Shown: one piece after another, positions 57,561 through 64,000 of the stretch
Layout: every line of letters begins with the position of its first letter
Numbering within the stretch: the first letter of the stretch is position 1
Source of the DNA: a bacterium
GTDB lineage: Bacteria > Patescibacteriota > Dojkabacteria > B142 > OLB20
Direction of reading: 5' to 3'
DNA: 64,000 bases
Assembly (NCBI GenBank): GCA_021463645.1
Contig: JAJTYI010000009.1
Coordinates: 189,269-253,268 of the forward strand
The notes under the pieces: generated by a model
Told to the model about the DNA's origin: nothing
The model's database searches: none
Seen by the model: only the letters and a program-made list of their open reading frames with translations
Made by a program: the position numbers and the translations under genes

Positions 57561-58657
57561 AATGGATGGAATTCTTTATGAGATTTTTGTGCGACCCTGT
57601 CGCTCGTATGAACGTAACGGCTTGTCGTTTGTAATGATTCATGACCAAGAAGCCGTTGAATTGAAGCCGGATTTGCACCATTTTCGGATAAATAGGTAGC
57701 AAAACCGTGCCTAAGACTGTGCGCGGAAGTAGGAATATTTATACCGAGACGAGATCTGTATTGTTTGATTTTATATTGCAGATAATTCACCGAAACTCTT
57801 ACTGCGTAAGTATTTTCAGTACCGAGCCGAGATCCTCTATAAGGAATAAACAAGGCCTTATATTCGTCATCACGAGTCATCAAATACCTTTCCAGATAAT
57901 GTTTTGCACGTTCAGTGAGATAAACGAATCTTTGTTTTTTACCTTTACCAGTGATGAAAATTCTGTCATCTTGTATAACTTTTTTAGACTCATCAAGTTT
58001 CAAATCTTCAAGATTCAAATTAATAAGTTCAGAAATTCTCATACCAGTTGAAAATAATAATTCCAACATTGCACGGTTTCTGTAACGAACATTTATTTTC
58101 TTTTCAAAATTTTCTGGAGATTCAATTAAAGAAATTAATTCATCTAAGTCAGCAACATTTGAAACGACTTTTTCAGTTTTAATTAATTTTATCGCATCTG
58201 CAGGAATTGGAACTTTTTCATCCGCATCTGTCAAAAATCTAAAATAACTCCTTAAAGCTGATAACATACGATTTACACTGCGACTTCCAAGTCGACCTTG
58301 ATACATAGAAAGCCTTCTAGATGCCTTAGGGCTCGATTCTTTGTGTTGCGTTTCAGGAAGTGGATTTTCACGATCATCGGTGACATTTTCGACATTTTCG
58401 TGACTATAGAGAAATTTTAAATCTTTTAAATATTTACCATTCCTTAAATAGTCTTTGTATTTAATTAAATCTAATTTCCCGATGTCTTTAAATTTTAATT
58501 TCTGTGAGTAAAGAAAACTCGCAAAAACTAATAAATCTCTTTGATAGTTAGATACTGTTTTCCCTGAATAATTATTATTTATAAGGTCATAAAAGAAATC
58601 CTCTATTAAAGGCATCTGGCTTACTATTTCCTTATTATACTTGTCAAAATCATCCAT
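57551..58657 (-). CDS. Tyrosine recombinase (XerC/XerD / phage-integrase family) with an insertion of about 60 aa in the N-terminal domain
   Basis: Catalytic box 'HSLRHGFATYLSENGANPASIQRLLGHESLQTTSRYVH' (R..HxxR...Y). N-terminal SAM-like core-binding domain. Confidence 0.8.
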   Translation of the reverse strand: MDDFDKYNKEIVSQMPLIEDFFYDLINNNYSGKTVSNYQRDLLVFASFLYSQKLKFKDIGKLDLIKYKDYLRNGKYLKDLKFLYSHENVENVTDDRENPLPETQHKESSPKASRRLSMYQGRLGSRSVNRMLSALRSYFRFLTDADEKVPIPADAIKLIKTEKVVSNVADLDELISLIESPENFEKKINVRYRNRAMLELLFSTGMRISELINLNLEDLKLDESKKVIQDDRIFITGKGKKQRFVYLTERAKHYLERYLMTRDDEYKALFIPYRGSRLGTENTYAVRVSVNYLQYKIKQYRSRLGINIPTSAHSLRHGFATYLSENGANPASIQRLLGHESLQTTSRYVHTSDRVAQKSHKEFHPLKE

Positions 58658-59045
58658 GGTGCCCTCTTTTGATAAAAATTAGTAGGGGAGAAGCCCCGAA
58701 AATAAAGGTTATCTGAGACCAGAAGTAATAAAACTTGAATCTCAGAAATTACGACAATTATAAATAAACATTATTAATATATGAATTAAAAATATTATAA
58801 CTAATTATAAATAAATAGCAAAACACCCACTTCTCCGCCTTATTCTCTCGTTAATTCCATATAAGGGTTATTATACTCAGTTTCTATATAGTACTATTTC
58901 ACCCTTATTTAATCAGAAATTATCTTTTATTATGACTTACAAATATTTATGAATTTATATATATCTCATTCCCCCATTATGTGGTCTCATAAAGAAAATA
59001 TTAAAACGATGGAGTTAAAGAAGATAATTAATAAATTATCTCGAT

Positions 59046-59873
59046 TTAGAGGAGGTGACCGTTAATCCCCCACTCTGCTAGGAGAAACAACATTACGAAG
59101 ATTAAGACTAATAACGAAACGTATTCCACCCAAATAAACTGACTTATGAATTCCCTTATCTCAAGAGCTATTCCAAGACATACGTAAAACACCAATATCA
59201 GCACAAGGGCTATATAAGTGGAATTTATGGGCCAGAGACTCAAAATGAATGTAAGTAATGCAATCAGTACACCAATATTTAATGATGCTATTATTCGTTG
59301 CCGTTTTGAGATTTTTATTGTCCAGAGGGTGATGTAGACTAACAAAAATGTTTCCAATAAAATAAACACTTCTCTAAAAACAAGAAAGATATCATTACTG
59401 AAAACCAAAAAGAAACTTATGTACGCAATTATCATAGTCAAGATAAATTGCGATGCCCTACCCGCTTGTCCTAAAGGAATTTCACGAATGTAAGAAACAT
59501 TTAAAACATTAACAGTAAGAAAAGTTATATAGACAAACACCCAGAAAAGAACAGCACTAAGTAGAACAAGACCTAGCTGTCCGAATTCAGAAAGTATCCC
59601 CGCTATTAGGATTTCGGACAAGAGGGATAAAGCGAATACGGTAATCGCTGGAAATAATAAAATAGTCACATATCTTTCTCCAGAAACTTTGAAATGAAGC
59701 ACCCAATAACATAGTACATATGCTACGAAACTCAAGATGAACGGCTTTATCGGGTCAAAACTGAGATTTATTGGCCAGATGGTGCGGAAGTCATATTGTT
59801 GAACTAAGAGAAACAAGAACGTAAGCAATGACGTTGTTATCATTATCCTAGATCTTGTATTTATCTTTGGCAT
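59046..59873 (-). CDS. Polytopic membrane protein of unknown function (about 8 TM), downstream of ruvB
   Basis: 275 aa, highly hydrophobic. Stop of ruvB and start of this gene are 2 nt apart. Confidence 0.5.
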   Translation of the reverse strand: MPKINTRSRIMITTSLLTFLFLLVQQYDFRTIWPINLSFDPIKPFILSFVAYVLCYWVLHFKVSGERYVTILLFPAITVFALSLLSEILIAGILSEFGQLGLVLLSAVLFWVFVYITFLTVNVLNVSYIREIPLGQAGRASQFILTMIIAYISFFLVFSNDIFLVFREVFILLETFLLVYITLWTIKISKRQRIIASLNIGVLIALLTFILSLWPINSTYIALVLILVFYVCLGIALEIREFISQFIWVEYVSLLVLIFVMLFLLAEWGINGHLL

Positions 59874-59875
59874 TT

Positions 59876-60868
59876 TTATAAATCTAATATTTCATATACT
59901 TTTTCCGTAACTACCCTACCCCTGGCTGTTCTCATAATAAAACCTTCTTTCAACAAAAATGGTTCATACACATTTTCGATTGTATCTCTATCCTCGGACA
60001 GTGACGCTGCTATTGTGTTTATACCAACAGGTCCTCCTTTGAAGTTTTTAACCATCACCTGCAAAATTTTCTTGTCTAGGCTGTCCAGACCAAAATTATC
60101 GATTCCCAACATATTTAATGTTTCTTTTACTGAGTTTACATCTATATTACTACTTGAATTGCTTTGCGCATAGTCTCTAACTCTTTTTAATAAACGTTGT
60201 GCAATTCGAGGAGTCCTTCTAGATCGTTTTGCTATTTCCTCAGAAGCTTTTTCATCTATCACAATATCTAATATTTTTGCTTTTTGTCTTATTAGCGATG
60301 CTAAATCTTCATAACCATAATAATCCAAGTGCATATCTACACCAAACCTATCTCTTAAAGGGGAACTCAACATCCCTACTCTAGTTGTGGCACCTATCAA
60401 TGAGAATTTATTTAATTCCAACTTTAATGTCCTAGCTGAAGGACCCTTGCCAATGACTATGTCAATCGTACTATCCTCCATTGCTGAATACAAGATTTCC
60501 TCCAATGATCTATTTAGTCGATGAATTTCATCGATAAATAAAATCGCCTTATCTTCAAGGTTGCTTAATATGGCAGCCAAGTCAGCTTTTCTCTCAATTG
60601 CTGGCCCTGAGGTAGTATAAATAGGTACATTTGCTTCGTTAGCTATAACATATGCCAAGGAAGTTTTTCCAAGTCCAGGAGGACCATGAAGAAGAACATG
60701 ATCAATCGGTTCATTTCGCATTTTAGCAGCATCGATTAGAATCTTAAGATTGTCGACCTCGCGCTTTCGACCTATAACATCCTTAAAAAGTTTAGGACGA
60801 AGGGATCTATCGAAGAGCACCAACTCTTCATCACTCTCTGATTCTGCATTTATGATTCGATCGTTCAT
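59876..60868 (-). CDS. ruvB: Holliday junction branch-migration ATPase RuvB
   Basis: Walker A 'LHGPPGLGKTSLA'. 'ILFIDEIHRL'. Sensor and winged-helix domains. Confidence 0.9.
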   Translation of the reverse strand: MNDRIINAESESDEELVLFDRSLRPKLFKDVIGRKREVDNLKILIDAAKMRNEPIDHVLLHGPPGLGKTSLAYVIANEANVPIYTTSGPAIERKADLAAILSNLEDKAILFIDEIHRLNRSLEEILYSAMEDSTIDIVIGKGPSARTLKLELNKFSLIGATTRVGMLSSPLRDRFGVDMHLDYYGYEDLASLIRQKAKILDIVIDEKASEEIAKRSRRTPRIAQRLLKRVRDYAQSNSSSNIDVNSVKETLNMLGIDNFGLDSLDKKILQVMVKNFKGGPVGINTIAASLSEDRDTIENVYEPFLLKEGFIMRTARGRVVTEKVYEILDL

Positions 60869-61446
60869 TATTTATTTATGAATTTTAATGCAAACTTAAC
60901 TAATAATTCTAACTTTTCTTCAGTGTGATTCACACCATATTCCTTTATTATATCCCTGATTTCATCTTTACTTAAACCTAGATTCTGTAATGCTTGTTGA
61001 GCCTGGGTTTTGAATTCCTGTGATAAATTATTTTGACTTGTAAAACCTTCCCAAGTATATTTCTCCAGTTTAGATGTCATATCTATTATAATTCTCTGGG
61101 CTGTTTTCTTCCCTACCCCTTTTACAAGAAGTGTATCAATATTTTTATCGGCAATCGCGGACATAATGGATTCATAAGGTATTTGCTTGAGTATATTTTG
61201 TGCCAGTTTCGGACCTACTCCGGATATTCCTATCAAATCTACAAAAAGAGAATATTGATTCTTTGTATCCAATCCAAATAATCGTATTTCATTTTCTCTC
61301 ACATGAGTGTAAATGAAGAAAGATTTCTCTTCTCCAACAAGGAATTCATTCTGTATTGTCTCAACTCGATAACCTACATCTCCAACATCCAATATAATGA
61401 AGTCTGAAAATATATCCGTGATTGTACCTTTGAGTTTAGCGAACAT
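60868..61446 (-). CDS. ruvA: Holliday junction DNA helicase RuvA
   Basis: 'MFAKLKGTITDIFSDFIILDVGDVGYRV' OB domain. HhH 'LIGISGVGPKLA' and 'LLVKGVGKKTAQRI'. Confidence 0.85.
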   Translation of the reverse strand: MFAKLKGTITDIFSDFIILDVGDVGYRVETIQNEFLVGEEKSFFIYTHVRENEIRLFGLDTKNQYSLFVDLIGISGVGPKLAQNILKQIPYESIMSAIADKNIDTLLVKGVGKKTAQRIIIDMTSKLEKYTWEGFTSQNNLSQEFKTQAQQALQNLGLSKDEIRDIIKEYGVNHTEEKLELLVKFALKFINK

Positions 61447-61966
61447 GATTTGAATTAAGATGACATATCCCTACAGCTATGGCATCGGTAATGTCATCTA
61501 GCTTCGGAACAGCTTTTAATTTAAGTATTTTACCTACCATAAAAGCGACTTGATCCTTCTCTGCTCTTCCGTAGCCTGTTACAGCGGACTTAACTTGTAA
61601 GGGAGTGTAATTGAATACACCCAATTGATTCACGACACCAGAAAGTATAACCACCCCTCTTGCCTGACTAACTGTAATTACAGTTTTTTGATTCTTGAAA
61701 TAAAAAAGGTCTTCTATTGCCATAGTAGTTGGACTATATTCCTGGATTAGTCTTTCCAACTCTTCAAAAATACATTTAAGTCTCAAAGACATATCATCAT
61801 TTTTACTCGTCTGTATTGCACCGCTTGCAACATGTGTTAAATTATTACCCTTTTTGTCTATAATTGCCCAACCCGTGATAGCTGTCCCACAATCTATCGA
61901 GATTACCCTCTCCGTTTTACCATTTTGTGTTAGTAGGTCGGTGTGCATAACTAATTGTTTGTCCAA
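61436..61966 (-). CDS. ruvC: Holliday junction resolvase RuvC
   Basis: 'ISIDCGTAITGWAII' (catalytic Asp) and 'TDAIAVGICHL'. Confidence 0.85.
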   Translation of the reverse strand: MDKQLVMHTDLLTQNGKTERVISIDCGTAITGWAIIDKKGNNLTHVASGAIQTSKNDDMSLRLKCIFEELERLIQEYSPTTMAIEDLFYFKNQKTVITVSQARGVVILSGVVNQLGVFNYTPLQVKSAVTGYGRAEKDQVAFMVGKILKLKAVPKLDDITDAIAVGICHLNSNHVR

Positions 61967-62742
61967 ACTGAATCAACATCGTCATGATCTTCTAAGTTTT
62001 GTACAAAATCGTTAATTTTATCTAAAGTCTTTTCATCATTAACTTCAACTTTCTCGTTTGGAACTTTTACTAATTCGGCTGACAAAATTTTATAATTTAA
62101 TTGTTCGATACTTTTTAATACCTTACTGAAATCTTCCTTCACTGTGATTAACTCAAAAGCATCAACCTCTTCATCATCAACTAACCACTCCACCTTGTTT
62201 AAATCTTCGATACCTTCTATTTCAAAAAGCTCAATTTCTGCATCCCCCGAATCAATCGCGAGGTAATCATTATCTTTTCCAAATTGCTTACTGGGTAATA
62301 TCTTAGTGAGTCCGACAATAATCAAACCTTTTTCGGTAAATTGCCAAGAAATACTACCCGTAGATGCCATCTTTCCACCATTAGTTTCAATCATATTTCT
62401 CACCTCTGATACAGTCCGATTCGTATTGTCAGTCTGACAATCCACCAAAACTGCAACTCCACCAGGACCAAGAGCTTCGTATGTTACTCTATGATAGACC
62501 ACTCCATCAGAACCCTTACCTGTCCCCTTGTCAATTGCTCTTTGTATGTTGTCAGAGGGCATATTGGCAACTTTCGCTTTATCCACTGCCAATCTGAGGG
62601 TAAAGTTCATCCCGATGTCTCCACCACCCTCTTTCGCGGCTAGAGTGATATTTTTTGCAAGTTTGGTGAAAAGATTACCCCTTTTGACATCATTTACACC
62701 TTTTTGTCTTTTGATTTTCGCCCATTTAGAGTGTCCCGACAT
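61951..62742 (-). CDS. yebC: YebC/PmpR-family transcriptional regulator
   Basis: 'MSGHSKWAKIKRQKGVNDVKRGNLFTKLAKNITLAAKEGGGD' is the canonical YebC N-terminus. Confidence 0.85.
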   Translation of the reverse strand: MSGHSKWAKIKRQKGVNDVKRGNLFTKLAKNITLAAKEGGGDIGMNFTLRLAVDKAKVANMPSDNIQRAIDKGTGKGSDGVVYHRVTYEALGPGGVAVLVDCQTDNTNRTVSEVRNMIETNGGKMASTGSISWQFTEKGLIIVGLTKILPSKQFGKDNDYLAIDSGDAEIELFEIEGIEDLNKVEWLVDDEEVDAFELITVKEDFSKVLKSIEQLNYKILSAELVKVPNEKVEVNDEKTLDKINDFVQNLEDHDDVDSVWTNN

Positions 62743-62767
62743 GTAATTTGATTAATAATTAATATAT

Positions 62768-63955
62768 TTATTGTTTTCCAATTACTACAACAACCCTCCC
62801 TATGTGTCTATAATCATACTCTTCTTCAATAATTTTAACATCCTGACCGAAGATTTCTTTAAGATTTGTAAACGAATTTGGATATTCACTTGGACTTGGT
62901 GCATAAATAACTGTATCATCGCTTGCAAAAGGTGCATTACCTACGTGAATAACCTCCAGTCCTACATTTCCAACCCATCTTGAATACCTCTTTGCTCTAC
63001 CAGATTGTCCACTAGCATTTAGGACTTCAATGGTTGTTTGTTCAAAAACAGTCTGCTTATTCTCTAAAATCGAATTCGTGTTGTAGTCTAATTGAGCTTC
63101 ATTAACCCTGTATACATTATAAACACCAGCACGTCCGACCTCTGATAGTATATCACTTTTAGTTATTGCATAACTATAAGATGTGGGAGGTACTCTTCTG
63201 AGAAAGTAATACAGATAATAGATCTCATTTCGGGCGAGATTTGTATTAACCTCATCTTCGATAATTCTCAAGACCTCAGTGGTTCCAAGAATGAGTTTCG
63301 GGACATCTATACTTTGGACATACCTCTTGTATAATTCTAACTGTCTCTCCAGTTGTTTGTCTTCGCCATCATTATCACTTCTTACGTAATCCATAATTTG
63401 CTTACTTTGTATACTGTGTCTATCTTTTTGCCACTTAGCCGAACTATCATTTATGTATATATCGAGATCTTCTACATCACCTGAATTATTAAGGTGTATA
63501 GTTTTAGTATACTTCGACATTTTGTCAAAAAATACCTCGTCAACATAAATATACCTATCGATTTTTGTAGCTAATAATTCCTCTGCTAAACCGACAATAT
63601 TTCCATTTTTATTGTCAATCAAACCACGTCTTAATGAGATTTGTGACCCATCAATTAAATCATTAACCATAATGTCTGGGTTAATATTGATGATTCCAAC
63701 TTGATCGTACTCGGGATCAACTACAAGTAACGCAACTGCATCGACAAAAACATGTTCTTCACTTTTCCTATCTAATCCAACTAAGAGTACTTTAAATTTT
63801 TGACTGTAATCCCATTTTTGAGCGTCTTGATTGCCGAAGTTGGTATTTGGTTCAAACCTTAACATTGCATCTACTACAGGGGTTACCAGTGCGATAAAAA
63901 TAATTAGCATTGTCAAAAATATTCCAGAAAACACATAGCTGGAAGTTATTTTCAT
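62768..63955 (-). CDS. LytR-CpsA-Psr (LCP) family cell-wall polymer transferase with a LytR_C domain
   Basis: N-terminal TM anchor. 'VLLVGLDRKSEEHVFVDAVALLVVDPE...IININPD' LCP core. C-terminal 'IEVLNASGQSGRAKRYSRWVGNVGLEVIHVGNA'. Confidence 0.55.
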   Translation of the reverse strand: MKITSSYVFSGIFLTMLIIFIALVTPVVDAMLRFEPNTNFGNQDAQKWDYSQKFKVLLVGLDRKSEEHVFVDAVALLVVDPEYDQVGIININPDIMVNDLIDGSQISLRRGLIDNKNGNIVGLAEELLATKIDRYIYVDEVFFDKMSKYTKTIHLNNSGDVEDLDIYINDSSAKWQKDRHSIQSKQIMDYVRSDNDGEDKQLERQLELYKRYVQSIDVPKLILGTTEVLRIIEDEVNTNLARNEIYYLYYFLRRVPPTSYSYAITKSDILSEVGRAGVYNVYRVNEAQLDYNTNSILENKQTVFEQTTIEVLNASGQSGRAKRYSRWVGNVGLEVIHVGNAPFASDDTVIYAPSPSEYPNSFTNLKEIFGQDVKIIEEEYDYRHIGRVVVVIGKQ

Positions 63956-64000
63956 GCCAGACTTTGTTGTCTTTTTTCTTTTTACCCTATTCCGAAGACT

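Noticed and set aside
1-64000. Alternative genetic code (UGA recoded as Gly, as in Gracilibacteria/Absconditabacteria)
   Set aside because: TGA terminates several well-delimited genes (for example 24870-25154, overlapping the next ATG as ATGA). Long conserved proteins (GyrA, GyrB, PheT, RecG) are full length under the standard code.
1-64000. CRISPR arrays, IS elements, prophage structural genes
   Set aside because: No direct-repeat/spacer periodicity, no transposase-like ORF, and no capsid, terminase or portal-like proteins were seen. The only recombinase is a lone tyrosine recombinase.

Overview
The window is low-GC (about 35%) and is read with the standard genetic code (TGA acts as a stop; long housekeeping ORFs are intact). 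The gene content resembles a small-genome bacterium of CPR/Saccharibacteria-like character: Gram-positive-type wall genes (class A PBP, FemAB, LCP, UppP) alongside a type IV pilus system. In order, the window holds: a MurB C-terminal fragment; a type II toxin-antitoxin pair; mutL; clpP; a tRNA-Val nested inside a disrupted Val-like tRNA copy; the conserved thrS-infC-rpmI-rplT-pheS-pheT block, in which the thrS-position gene looks catalytically degenerate; a convergent class A PBP; an M20 peptidase and an aquaporin; a tight four-gene amino-acid-type cluster (class III aminotransferase, GCS2-like ligase, enolase-superfamily enzyme, class I/II aminotransferase); tRNA-Ser followed by a small accessory islet (NDT-like protein, HAD phosphatase, Lnu/ANT-like nucleotidyltransferase); a FemAB-led minus-strand operon; pepF, tyrS, recG, uppP, rsmD, an rpmF below the ORF-track size cutoff, nusB, rnc, rpsP and khpA; a large type IV pilus locus (pilMNO, a secreted PT-linker protein, minor pilins, pilD, major pilin, pilC, an N-terminally extended pilT, pilB); holB-like, gyrB, gyrA, a greA with a leader attenuator; a tyrosine recombinase; and ruvB-ruvA-ruvC-yebC plus an LCP protein. 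No CRISPR array or obvious transposon was seen. Coordinates of hand-located motifs may be off by 1-2 nt.
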